Assembly (NCBI GenBank): GCA_004348925.1
Contig: RCMX01000006.1
Location: forward strand, 666,919-730,918
Length of the DNA: 64,000 nt
Direction of reading: 5' to 3'
Origin: Actinomycetota bacterium
GTDB taxonomy: Bacteria; Actinomycetota; Coriobacteriia; Anaerosomatales; Anaerosomataceae
Program-made: the position numbers and the translations under genes
Shown: positions 36,940 to 45,689 of the stretch, piece after piece
Layout of the letters: every line of letters starts with the position of its first letter
Position numbering within the stretch: the first letter of the stretch is position 1
Notes under the pieces: generated by a model
Database searches by the model: none
What the model saw: the letters and a program-made list of their open reading frames with translations, nothing else
What the model was told of the DNA's origin: nothing

Positions 36940-37757
36940 CGAAGGTCGCATTCCTCGGCCCGGCAGGCACGTTCTCGGAAGAGGCGCTGCTCTCGCTCGA
37001 TATGCCTGACGTGGAGCCGGTTTCGTGCACGACCATCGGTGAGGTCTTCGAGGCAGTCGACCGCGGCCGGGCAGACCTTGGCGTGGCGCCGATCGAGAAC
37101 TCGATCGAGGGATCGGTCCCGGCAACGCTCGACGGCCTGGTCTTCGACACACAGCTGGAGATCCAGTCTGAGCTGGTGCTCGACATCCACTTCTCGCTGT
37201 TGGTCGCACCGGGCACCAAGGCAGCCGAGGTGACCTCGATCGTAGCGCACCCGCAGGCGAGCGGTCAGTGCCGACGCTGGCTGGAGCGTAACCTTCCCGG
37301 GCGTGCGACCGTGGCCGCGAACTCGAATGCCGAGGCGGTCCAGACGGCTGTGGCCACGCCGGGCGCTGCGGCGCTCGGCACGGCGCTTGCGGCCGAGCTC
37401 TACGGCGCCGAGGTGCTGCACGAGGGCGTTGAGGACTATGCGGGCAATCAGACGCGCTTCGTCGTCATCGGGCGCGGCATCCGGGAGCGCACGGGCCACG
37501 ACAAGACGTCGCTGGCGCTGTTCATGAAGAAGGACAAGCCGGGCGCGCTGCTCATGATTCTCTCGGAATTTGCGTATGGCGAGATCAACCTCACCAAGAT
37601 TCAGAGCCGGCCCACCAAGCGGCAACTCGGCGACTACATGTTCTTCATAGACTGTGAGGGCCATATCGAGGACGCTCATGTGCGCCTCGCGCTCGATTGC
37701 CTGCGCCTGAAGCTTCGAGAGGTCAAGGTTCTCGGGAGCTATCCGAAGGCTGAGTAG
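36936..37757 (+). CDS. pheA: prephenate dehydratase
   Basis: PDT domain (GPAGTFSEEA...ESRP) plus a C-terminal ACT domain. ATGA overlap with the upstream gene. Confidence 0.85.
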   Translation: MTKVAFLGPAGTFSEEALLSLDMPDVEPVSCTTIGEVFEAVDRGRADLGVAPIENSIEGSVPATLDGLVFDTQLEIQSELVLDIHFSLLVAPGTKAAEVTSIVAHPQASGQCRRWLERNLPGRATVAANSNAEAVQTAVATPGAAALGTALAAELYGAEVLHEGVEDYAGNQTRFVVIGRGIRERTGHDKTSLALFMKKDKPGALLMILSEFAYGEINLTKIQSRPTKRQLGDYMFFIDCEGHIEDAHVRLALDCLRLKLREVKVLGSYPKAE

Positions 37758-37765
37758 GCCGTCCG

Positions 37766-38191
37766 CTAGCTGCGTTCCTCGCCGAGTAGCACCACGCGCT
37801 CTTCCAGCCCGACATCGCGGGCGAGCTTGGCCAGCACCCGGTCGGCGGTGACGAGCGTGTGGCCGCTCTGGATGGCTGCGGCCACGTAGTAGCAGCCGTA
37901 GATCGGGTGGTCGAACGCTAGCGAGATGCGCAGCGCGTCGGCCGTGAGGTCGCCGAGCGGCAGCGCCTGGAGCGGATATGCCCGCAGCTGCGCGACCAGA
38001 TCGTCCGCATCCGAGCCGACGAGCAACCCTCGCCGTACGCGCTTCCAGATTGCGTTGGCGCACTCCGCGTAAAGCAGGTCGGGCGCCGTCAGGCCTTCAG
38101 CGCGCTGCAGGATGCTCACCGCCTCGCGCGACCACTCCTCGCAGACAAGGCACTTGAACATCGCCGACGCGTCAACGACGAGCGATGTCAT
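37766..38191 (-). CDS. vapC: PIN-domain toxin VapC
   Basis: PIN acidic residues (VVDASA...D...D). 4-bp overlap with the upstream antitoxin. Confidence 0.8.
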   Translation of the reverse strand: MTSLVVDASAMFKCLVCEEWSREAVSILQRAEGLTAPDLLYAECANAIWKRVRRGLLVGSDADDLVAQLRAYPLQALPLGDLTADALRISLAFDHPIYGCYYVAAAIQSGHTLVTADRVLAKLARDVGLEERVVLLGEERS

Positions 38192-38424
38192 CGAGAGTCA
38201 CGATCCTCTCGGATGAGGTCTGTGCTGTCGTCTGTGATGTTCCATTCCTTCGATCGCTCACGGAATGCGGCAGCTTCCGCCCACCACTCCTCCAGGGTCG
38301 GTTTCACTGCCGCCGTCAGGATCGACGTGAGTTCTGCCTGCAGCGAGCGATTGTTTCCCGCTGCGCGTGCCTTGAGTTTGGCCACCAGGTCCTCCGACAG
38401 GTTGCGGATGAGAACGTCTGCCAT
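38188..38424 (-). CDS. vapB: ribbon-helix-helix antitoxin (VapB/FitA-like)
   Basis: MADVLIRNLSEDLVAKLKARAA... is an RHH N-terminus. C-terminal DSTDLIREDRDSR toxin-binding tail. Confidence 0.75.
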   Translation of the reverse strand: MADVLIRNLSEDLVAKLKARAAGNNRSLQAELTSILTAAVKPTLEEWWAEAAAFRERSKEWNITDDSTDLIREDRDSR

Positions 38425-38440
38425 GTCGGCCTCCTTTCGA

Positions 38441-38461
38441 GTGATAGCACTATGCTATCAC
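38441..38461. promoter_or_regulatory. inverted repeat GTGATAGC-actat-GCTATCAC upstream of vapB (candidate antitoxin operator)
   Basis: Perfect 8-bp arms seen directly, 17 nt upstream of the vapB start. Confidence 0.5.
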
Positions 38462-38610
38462 TTTGACCGACACCACGAGAGCGTACCGGGCGGGCTGTAC
38501 CCGCCGCCAAACCCTCACTGAACTTCCGCAGCGTAGTGACCGCCGGGCGCTTCTCGGCATAGACTGAGCCTGGGAGGCCCGATGGGGGCCGTCGCACAGG
38601 GGAGGTCGCG

Positions 38611-39237
38611 ATGCGCCGCTCGGCATGGATCATTGCGGTGGGGTTGGTTGTGTGTGTGGCGCTGGCCGGTTGCGGGGGTTCTTCGAGCAGCACGGCGCCG
38701 GGCAGTTCGACGTCCGACGGAAAGGACGCCGAGCCGACTGCGTCGGTGCCCGAGCAGTTCGTGGCGATTCCTGCGAGCGGCGCGAACGAGAAGGCGGCCG
38801 TCGCAGCGGTGCCGACGGCGCTCAAGGCCGGCCTTGAGTTGCGCAAGGGCAGCGGGCAGCCGGAGCCGGACATCGGCGGTATCGATCCGACGTTCACCGC
38901 GTACCTGATCCAGGCGGTCAGCGGTAACATGCTGGTGCTCCTCGAGGTGCACGCGGACGGCGTGGCGCACCCGCTCTACAACCCCACGGCCCCTGCCGAC
39001 GCGAGCACCGTCATGAAGCAGGACGCCTCCCTCAACTCGGGCGCCATCCTCGCCGAGCCCGCGAGCGATGCCGAGAAGGCCGCGGTCGCGGCTGCGAAGA
39101 CCGCGCTTGATTCCGCGGTTCCCGAGAAGGACTTCGCCATCAAGATCCTCGGGTACCGGTTCAACTACCTCAAAGACGGCGAATCTGTTCTTCAGCTCGA
39201 GATCAATCCCGATGGAGGCGTGATCTCGATCAGCTAA
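38611..39237 (+). CDS. lipoprotein of unknown function
   Basis: Lipobox [10 protein letters not shown]. Ala-rich secreted domain. Confidence 0.5.
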   Translation: MRRSAWIIAVGLVVCVALAGCGGSSSSTAPGSSTSDGKDAEPTASVPEQFVAIPASGANEKAAVAAVPTALKAGLELRKGSGQPEPDIGGIDPTFTAYLIQAVSGNMLVLLEVHADGVAHPLYNPTAPADASTVMKQDASLNSGAILAEPASDAEKAAVAAAKTALDSAVPEKDFAIKILGYRFNYLKDGESVLQLEINPDGGVISIS

Positions 39238-39256
39238 TGCCGAGGAGGGGACTGAG

Positions 39257-39694
39257 ATGTTCAAGGAGTTCAAAGAGTTCGCGATCAAGGGAAACGCCGT
39301 CGACCTGGCGATAGGCGTCGTCATAGGCGCGGCGTTCGGTGCGGTCGTGACTTCGCTCGTCAAAGACGTCATTATGCCGCCCATCGGTGCGTTGCTCGGC
39401 GGCGCGGACTTCTCGCAGCTGTTCTGGGTGCTGAAGCAGGGGGCGACGGCCGGCCCGTACGCGACCGTCCAGGCGGCCGCCGACGCGGGAGCGGTCACGC
39501 TCAACTACGGTGTCTTCATCAACGCGCTCATCAGTTTCGTGATCGTGGCGTTCGCGGTGTTCATGCTGGTGAAGCTCATCAACCGGCTGCGTAAGCCCGC
39601 TGCCGAGGAGATCACCACCAAGGAATGCCCGTTCTGCAAGAGTGAGATCGCGCTCGCGGCGACACGGTGCCCGGCGTGCACGAGTGAGGTCTAG
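39257..39694 (+). CDS. mscL: large-conductance mechanosensitive channel MscL with C-terminal CxxC...CxxC zinc-ribbon extension
   Basis: MscL N-terminus [28 protein letters not shown]. Tail [24 protein letters not shown]. Confidence 0.85.
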   Translation: MFKEFKEFAIKGNAVDLAIGVVIGAAFGAVVTSLVKDVIMPPIGALLGGADFSQLFWVLKQGATAGPYATVQAAADAGAVTLNYGVFINALISFVIVAFAVFMLVKLINRLRKPAAEEITTKECPFCKSEIALAATRCPACTSEV

Positions 39695-40638
39695 GCGACA
39701 GCTGATCGTTCGCGATGCATGTCGAGAGCGTCAACGCTTGGACGAGCTACTTCGTCTCTTGGTATCCAGAGTGGTTGGTCGTGATACCGCTCGTACTTCG
39801 TTCCCTCCAGGGCTTTGGCCAAGGTCAGGCGCAGCGTCGATGTGTCGACTGCGACTAGGCCAAGGTCGAAGAGATCATGCATGTCTGCGCGGAGTAGCAG
39901 TCCGTTTGCCGGATGGTTAGTCTGGGGGCCCCGATACGGCACGATGTGAGCCGCTTCAAGAGCGGGCTCAGCATCGAACCGGGTCATTGCGCATGTGCCT
40001 TCGTACGCCTGCAGTAGCGCTCGCCGGAATCGGGGGGCCCCCTGTCTTCGATGCACCGCCCTGATCACCTTTATGCGGTCATCTTGTTCGGCGGCTGGGT
40101 TGAACGGTTCAAGAGGGAACTCTACAAGCGAAATTGTGACTGAAGCCCGGTTTTCGAGTGCGTTTGCTCGAGAATCTATGCCAACCGAGACAGGCCCGAC
40201 GAGTTCAAAGAATCCTTGGTTGTATCCAGCAACCATCGCCAGCCCGAGAACCTGATAGCCACGACCAGTGGCTCCGGGGATGATTACGCCCACGGGTATG
40301 CCGTCCGCCATACACCTGAATAGTGCCTCGTTTGCAAAGTGGCGCCCTGGGTCTCGGAAGTCCTCGGCGGTCTTCCCTTGCTGATGGTAGAAGTACTGCC
40401 AGGTGCCATCGGTAGGGTGGAGGATCGGGTCCTGATCGTCGTAGACGCCCTTGTGCGTCTGAACTACGCTCACGGCGTATGGAATCCCCGCCGGCTTCCA
40501 GATCCCTTTCTGAAGCGACGAGACCTTGATCGGCAGTCCAACATCGAAGGGTCTGTTTGGGAACACCCTATTGGCGTTTTCCTCGAACCACAAGAGTGCG
40601 TCTACGTGCCACGACTCAAGCCGGTATGCAGTCCCCAT
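39691..40638 (-). CDS. HNH endonuclease (HNH_2-type) with N-terminal putative modified-DNA-recognition domain; candidate type IV restriction enzyme
   Basis: C-terminal HIVPY...[17 protein letters not shown] motif. Visibly lower GC and atypical codons. Confidence 0.6.
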   Translation of the reverse strand: MGTAYRLESWHVDALLWFEENANRVFPNRPFDVGLPIKVSSLQKGIWKPAGIPYAVSVVQTHKGVYDDQDPILHPTDGTWQYFYHQQGKTAEDFRDPGRHFANEALFRCMADGIPVGVIIPGATGRGYQVLGLAMVAGYNQGFFELVGPVSVGIDSRANALENRASVTISLVEFPLEPFNPAAEQDDRIKVIRAVHRRQGAPRFRRALLQAYEGTCAMTRFDAEPALEAAHIVPYRGPQTNHPANGLLLRADMHDLFDLGLVAVDTSTLRLTLAKALEGTKYERYHDQPLWIPRDEVARPSVDALDMHRERSAVA

Positions 40639-40695
40639 TGGCGAGATCCCCCTTCCGAAATAGCATAAACCAAGCCCCTTCGAAATGGAGCAAGA

Positions 40696-41103
40696 GTGCG
40701 CAGAGTCACCGCAGCAGTGATCATCGAACAGGGTCGCCTGTTCTTGGTCCGTCGACCGCCTTCAGATCGGCTGGCTGGCTTCTGGGAGTTGCCAGGCGGG
40801 AAGATCGAAGGAGATGAGACGCCCGAGGCGTGCCTCAAACGCGAGCTCTTGGAGGAGCTGAGTATGGAGGGAGTGGTGGGTGATCTCGCTGCCACATGTG
40901 TCCACCGCTACTCACACGGGGAGTTTGAGCTGCTTGCGTACGCTTTCGAACGGACATCACCTTATGAGCTGCTGATTCACGACCAGGCCGCCTGGGTGGA
41001 CCACGTCTCTATTCGGGACTACAAACTCGCGCCTGCCGACGTGTTCCTGGTCCAGCAGCTCATGTTCAATCGCGGATGGGATCCGGCCAAACCTGTGAAG
41101 TAG
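40696..41103 (+). CDS. NUDIX hydrolase (MutT-like)
   Basis: Nudix box GGKIEGDETPEACLKRELLEELS. GTG start. Confidence 0.8.
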   Translation: MRRVTAAVIIEQGRLFLVRRPPSDRLAGFWELPGGKIEGDETPEACLKRELLEELSMEGVVGDLAATCVHRYSHGEFELLAYAFERTSPYELLIHDQAAWVDHVSIRDYKLAPADVFLVQQLMFNRGWDPAKPVK

Positions 41104-41116
41104 ACGGGCGTGTCTA

Positions 41117-41467
41117 TCACCCCGCCCCGAGCAACCCTCGCACCTGCGCAACCGCCTCGGCACGCTCGCCGGCCGGCAGCTCGTCGACGCGCTTGAGCGC
41201 CATGACCACGCCCTTGTAGCCGTCCTTCTTCGTGTGGCTGGCGAACCTGCCGGGCTCGGGCGGGAGGAAGATCGCGAGGTCCTCGGAGAGTTTGAACCGC
41301 TCGGCGGTCTTGAGGGCGCGTTCAAGCTCCTTGCCGGTCGGCTCCTGCCATTTCTCAAGCGTGTGCATCACGAGCGCCACCGCGAACGCGCTCGCAACGC
41401 CCGCGCCGCCCTGCATGCCGGCGAACGCGGCCATCATCGCGGCTGGCATCTGCGGTTCTCGGCTCAT
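41117..41467 (-). CDS. hypothetical protein
   Basis: ORF with reasonable composition. No recognisable family. Confidence 0.35.
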   Translation of the reverse strand: MSREPQMPAAMMAAFAGMQGGAGVASAFAVALVMHTLEKWQEPTGKELERALKTAERFKLSEDLAIFLPPEPGRFASHTKKDGYKGVVMALKRVDELPAGERAEAVAQVRGLLGAG

Positions 41468-41576
41468 GGCGTCTGCTCTCCTCTCGGCTACGGGTCCATT
41501 GTACTGGCCGGCGGCTTCGGGTAGGACGCCGGGCGGTCGCGGCGTGAGAGGTTCAGATTCCTGAAAGGTCCGGGCA

Positions 41577-41848
41577 ATGTCCGCCGTCTACCGTGGCGCA
41601 GGTGGGTGGAAGGGGACTTGCGATGGACGATGCTGTGGGCCACACGATGAGCTGCTGTTGTCGGATGTGAGCGGACTCATCGAGAGCGCGCATGTGCGAG
41701 CAGCAGCAGCGGTGAACAGCGAGCTTGTGCTGCTGTACTGGAGCATCGGCAAACGGGTGCGCGAGGAACTGCTTGGTGGTCAGCGTGCCGAGTAGGGCAT
41801 ACGGGTCGTGAAGCGCCTGGCGCGACATCTGACCGAACGCTACGGGTA
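41577..41848 (+). pseudogene. decayed N-terminal remnant of a DUF1016/YhcG-like PD-(D/E)xK nuclease gene
   Basis: Translation ...LIESAHVRAAAAVNSELVLLYWSIGKRVREELLGGQRAE* matches the conserved DUF1016 N-terminal helix. After a stop and a +1 shift it continues YGIRVVKRLARHLTERYG*. The nuclease domain is absent. Confidence 0.55.
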
Positions 41849-41867
41849 GATTTCCGAGTAACGCGAC

Positions 41868-42509
41868 CTACCGCGCGGCTTTCGTCTCGGCACGCCTGAG
41901 CGCGAGACCTCGCCACAGGTACAGTGACGCGGCCGTGCGGTAGGGGCGCCACGGCTCGCCGATGAACGCGACCTCGTCACGGCTGGCGGTGCCTTCGAAG
42001 CCGTACATCCAGCCGACGGTGGCGCGCACCGCGCCGTCATCGATCGCAAGCACGTCCGGTCGGCCAAGGGAGAAGATCAGGTACATCTCGGCGGTCCAGC
42101 GGCCGATGCCTTTGACGGCGGTGAGCTCGGCGACGATATCGTCGTCGGGAAGCGCGCCGAGGCGGCCGATGTCGAGCCTGCCGTCGAGGGTTCGCTCGGC
42201 AAGGTCGCGGAGGAACGACGTCTTACTGCCCGAGAGCCCCGCGCCGCGAAGCGTGTCAGTGTCGGCCGCTATGATGCTTTCGGGGGTGACGCCGCCAAGC
42301 GCGGTCTCGACGCGACCCCAGATCGTGCTGGCGGCCTTGTCCGAGAGCTGTTGGGAGACGATCGCGCTCGCGAGCGAGTTGAAGCCGTCGTTCTCGAGCC
42401 GCTGCGAGATGGGGCCGACGCGATCGATGAGCGCGCCAAGGATCGGGTCAGCGGCACAGAGGTGCACGACCTCGGGGGAGGTGAGGGTGAGTTCGATACG
42501 AGATTCCAT
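41868..42509 (-). CDS. alkA: DNA-3-methyladenine glycosylase II (AlkA-like, HhH-GPD)
   Basis: HhH-GPD core LTAVKGIGRWTAEMYL and catalytic Asp region. Confidence 0.8.
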   Translation of the reverse strand: MESRIELTLTSPEVVHLCAADPILGALIDRVGPISQRLENDGFNSLASAIVSQQLSDKAASTIWGRVETALGGVTPESIIAADTDTLRGAGLSGSKTSFLRDLAERTLDGRLDIGRLGALPDDDIVAELTAVKGIGRWTAEMYLIFSLGRPDVLAIDDGAVRATVGWMYGFEGTASRDEVAFIGEPWRPYRTAASLYLWRGLALRRAETKAAR

Positions 42510-42529
42510 GCGGCGATTGTAGCGCGAGA

Positions 42530-43072
42530 TCAGCGCGCGGCGCCGAGCCAGGCCTCATACGCGTCGGCGTCATACAGCACCACGCGCACCTCGCGCACGG
42601 AGTGCGTACGCTCAAGCGCGGTGCGAAGGGCGCGTAGAGCGACGTGCGCCGCCGCCATCATCGGATAGCCGTAGATGCCGGTCGAGATGCTCGGGAATGC
42701 GATTGACTGAAGCCCGAGCCTGTCAGCGATCTCCACGCTCGTGCGGTATGCCGAGGCGAGCGCTTCGGCTTCCCCGTGGTCGCCGCCGTGCCACACCGGG
42801 CCGAGTGCGTGGATGACGTACTGCGCCTTGAGATCGCCGGCGACGGTTGCGACGGCCTCACCAGGCACGAGCTGCTCGCGGTCCGCCATCACGCGGCGGC
42901 AGTCCTCGGTCAGGGTCTTGCCGCCGGCGGTGTGAATCGCGCCGCAAACGCCGCCGCCGGGCCTCAGGCTGGCGTTGGTTGCGTTCACGATGGCATCCAC
43001 GCGTTCATGCGTGATGTCGCCGCGCACGATCCTGATGACGCTGCTGCCGATGTGAATCTCTTCATGATTCAT
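42530..43072 (-). CDS. macro-domain protein (ADP-ribose/O-acetyl-ADP-ribose hydrolase, YmdB-like)
   Basis: Macro motifs VNATNASLRPGGGVCGAIH and FPSISTGIYGYP. Confidence 0.8.
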   Translation of the reverse strand: MNHEEIHIGSSVIRIVRGDITHERVDAIVNATNASLRPGGGVCGAIHTAGGKTLTEDCRRVMADREQLVPGEAVATVAGDLKAQYVIHALGPVWHGGDHGEAEALASAYRTSVEIADRLGLQSIAFPSISTGIYGYPMMAAAHVALRALRTALERTHSVREVRVVLYDADAYEAWLGAAR

Positions 43073-43120
43073 AAGACAACAATACCGCATTGAGCCGACG
43101 GCGGAAGACGAGAACGCACG

Positions 43121-43534
43121 TTAAGTCTCACCTATCCAGATGACCGCCACGCCGGAGGCTCCGGCGACGTCGCGGAGACGGGCGTCGGAGGTCGCCAGCG
43201 TCGCTCGCATTCTCGTGGCAACCGCGAGGTAGGCGCAGTCGTAGACGGGATGCTGCCGTTCGATGCCGATCGCGAGGGCAAGGCGCGTGTACTCCGCGGC
43301 CGCTACCACCGAGAATCCGAGTAGCTCGAAGGCTTCGAGCGCGAGAGACGCCTGCTCTGGAGAGGTCTCGCCGCGGCGAACGCGTTTCCACAGGGCGTTG
43401 GCTACCTCAAGGGCTGTCCAGTCCAAGACGGTCGGGTCGGGCGCAGCGGCAAATTCTACCCGGGCCTGCTCGGACCCAGGCTCGTTCGTTACGAGCTTCA
43501 GAGCCGAACTCGCATCGAAGATGAGAGTGGTCAT
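43121..43534 (-). CDS. vapC: PIN-domain toxin VapC (second copy)
   Basis: PIN fold. About 35% identical to the 37766 copy by eye. Confidence 0.75.
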   Translation of the reverse strand: MTTLIFDASSALKLVTNEPGSEQARVEFAAAPDPTVLDWTALEVANALWKRVRRGETSPEQASLALEAFELLGFSVVAAAEYTRLALAIGIERQHPVYDCAYLAVATRMRATLATSDARLRDVAGASGVAVIWIGET

Positions 43535-43761
43535 CGCGAGTCTCTATCCTCCCGAATGAGGAAGGTTGAGTCGGTGTCGAAGGTGGGCAGCCGGTCTCGC
43601 AGCTCCTCCAGCAGCGCGATCGACTCGGCCTTGCTGAGGCGAACCGAGCGCTTGAGGGTGTCGTGGACCTCGGCCTGCAGCGAGCGGCCGTGCTGTTCGG
43701 CGCGCTTCTTGAGCTGCTCAAGCACGTGCGGATCCAGATTGCGGATGAGGAAGTCGGTCAC
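43531..43761 (-). CDS. vapB: RHH antitoxin VapB (second copy)
   Basis: GTG start after AGGAG. LIRNL N-terminus and DSTFLIREDRDSR tail shared with copy 1. Confidence 0.7.
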   Translation of the reverse strand: MTDFLIRNLDPHVLEQLKKRAEQHGRSLQAEVHDTLKRSVRLSKAESIALLEELRDRLPTFDTDSTFLIREDRDSR

Positions 43762-43908
43762 AAGGACTCCTCGGCGTCGGCGGAGTGATACCGATATGAT
43801 ACTACCCACCGCGAACCTCCAGCCATCCGCCCGTCTGACCGTTCTTCTCGGCTATAATCCCAGCTAGCACCGACCGCGCCCTGAACGATCTCCGACCGGA
43901 GGCCTACC

Positions 43909-45189
43909 ATGCTCGACGCACGCTTCGTCCGAGAGAATCTCGACCTTGTCCGCGCGTCGGTCGAGAACCGTCGCGGGAAGTGGAACTTCGATCGCTTCGT
44001 CGCGCTTGACGAGGAGCGTCGGCGTCTCATCGGCGAGGTCGAATCGCGCCAGGCGCGCCGCAATGAGGCGTCCAAGGAGATCGGCGCGCTCATGAAGGCG
44101 GGCGAGCGCGATGCCGCCGAGGCGCGGAAGGAAGAAGTGCGTGTCATCAACGAGGAGATTGCCGTCGACGAGGAGCTTCTCGGCAAGGTCGATTCCGAGG
44201 TGCGCGAGCTGCTCATGACCATCCCGAACGTCCCGCACGAGAGCGTGCCGGTCGGCGCTGACGAAGCCGAGAACGTCGAAATCCGCCGCTGGGGAACGCC
44301 GCGCTCGTTCGACTTCGAGCCCAAACCGCACTGGGACCTTGGACCGGAAGCCGGCCTCGTGGACTTCGAGGCGGGCGTGAAGCTTGCCGGAAGCCGTTTC
44401 GTCGTCCTCGGCAGGGATGGCGCGCGGCTCAACCGGGCGCTCATCAACTTCATGCTCGACACCCACGGCTCGCGCGGCTTCACCGAGTGGTCCGTGCCCG
44501 CGCTCGCCAACGTCGACACGCTCACCGGCACGGGTCAGCTGCCCAAGTTCGAGGACGACCTCTTCAAGACGGGCGAGGGCCTCTACCTCATCCCCACTGC
44601 CGAGGTGCAGCTCACCAACCTCCACCGCGACGAGGTCCTTGAGGCCGACACCCTCCCGCGCCGCTACTGCGCGTACACCCCGTGCTTCCGCGAGGAGGCG
44701 GGCAGTGCCGGCCGAGACACCCGCGGCATGATCCGCGTGCACCAGTTCGACAAGGTGGAGATGGTGAAGTTCGCCACGCCCGAGACGTCGATGGACGAGC
44801 TCGAATCGATGGTGGCCGATGCCGAGAACATCCTGCAGCTTCTCGGCCTGCCGTACCGCGTGATCGTGCTCTGTACGGGCGACATGGGCTTTGGCGCTGC
44901 GAAGACCTACGACCTCGAGGTCTGGCTGCCGAGCTACGACGACTACAAGGAGATCTCCAGCTGCAGCAACTGCTGGGACTTCCAGGCGCGCCGCGCAAGC
45001 ATCAAGTACCGCGGGGGCGACTTCAAAGGCAGCCGCCTCGTACACACCCTCAACGGCAGCGGTCTCGCGGTGGGGCGGACGCTGGTGGCTGTGCTTGAGA
45101 ACTACCAGCAGGCCGACGGCAGCATCGTGGTGCCGGAGGTCCTGCGCCCGTACATGGGCGGTCAGGAAGTCATTCGACCGCAGGCGTAG
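43909..45189 (+). CDS. serS: seryl-tRNA synthetase
   Basis: Class II aaRS motifs and an N-terminal coiled-coil. Confidence 0.9.
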   Translation: MLDARFVRENLDLVRASVENRRGKWNFDRFVALDEERRRLIGEVESRQARRNEASKEIGALMKAGERDAAEARKEEVRVINEEIAVDEELLGKVDSEVRELLMTIPNVPHESVPVGADEAENVEIRRWGTPRSFDFEPKPHWDLGPEAGLVDFEAGVKLAGSRFVVLGRDGARLNRALINFMLDTHGSRGFTEWSVPALANVDTLTGTGQLPKFEDDLFKTGEGLYLIPTAEVQLTNLHRDEVLEADTLPRRYCAYTPCFREEAGSAGRDTRGMIRVHQFDKVEMVKFATPETSMDELESMVADAENILQLLGLPYRVIVLCTGDMGFGAAKTYDLEVWLPSYDDYKEISSCSNCWDFQARRASIKYRGGDFKGSRLVHTLNGSGLAVGRTLVAVLENYQQADGSIVVPEVLRPYMGGQEVIRPQA

Positions 45190-45193
45190 CTCT

Positions 45194-45571
45194 CTACTTT
45201 CGCAGCGGCATGACGACCGCGATGATGAGGTTGCGGCCAAGCACGTGCACTGGGTAGCCGGTCACGACGCAATCGACGCCGGTGCCGTCGAGCGCACTGA
45301 TCTTGCACGCGACGCGGTGGACGCTGAGATCGCGCTCGTACACCAGCTGGACCCTCTCGCGCGCGCTGGCCTCGCCGTCGGGATGCACGAAGTCGAAGAG
45401 GTTGCGTCCCACCAACTCATCAAGGCGACGAGCGCCCACTAGGGCCAACGCCGCAGGATTCGCATAGAGGACGGTCTCCTCGTCGTGCAGAATCGTCGCC
45501 AACGGTGCGTTTTCGATGATCGCTCGCTGGACTTCGCCTTGTCGTGCCGCTTCAAGCCACCGTTCGGGCAT
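45194..45571 (-). CDS. stand-alone PAS-domain protein
   Basis: PAS fold sequence (ILHDEETVLYANPAALALVG...). Confidence 0.6.
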   Translation of the reverse strand: MPERWLEAARQGEVQRAIIENAPLATILHDEETVLYANPAALALVGARRLDELVGRNLFDFVHPDGEASARERVQLVYERDLSVHRVACKISALDGTGVDCVVTGYPVHVLGRNLIIAVVMPLRK

Positions 45572-45689
45572 TCGTCCTCCTCGGTACGAGACGGGCTACC
45601 CGAACAGTACCATCAGTGTCTGACATGCTGCGGTGCGTCTGCCTGGGGTAGAACCTACGTACGAGTCCATCCACTCCTGCGGAGGCACC

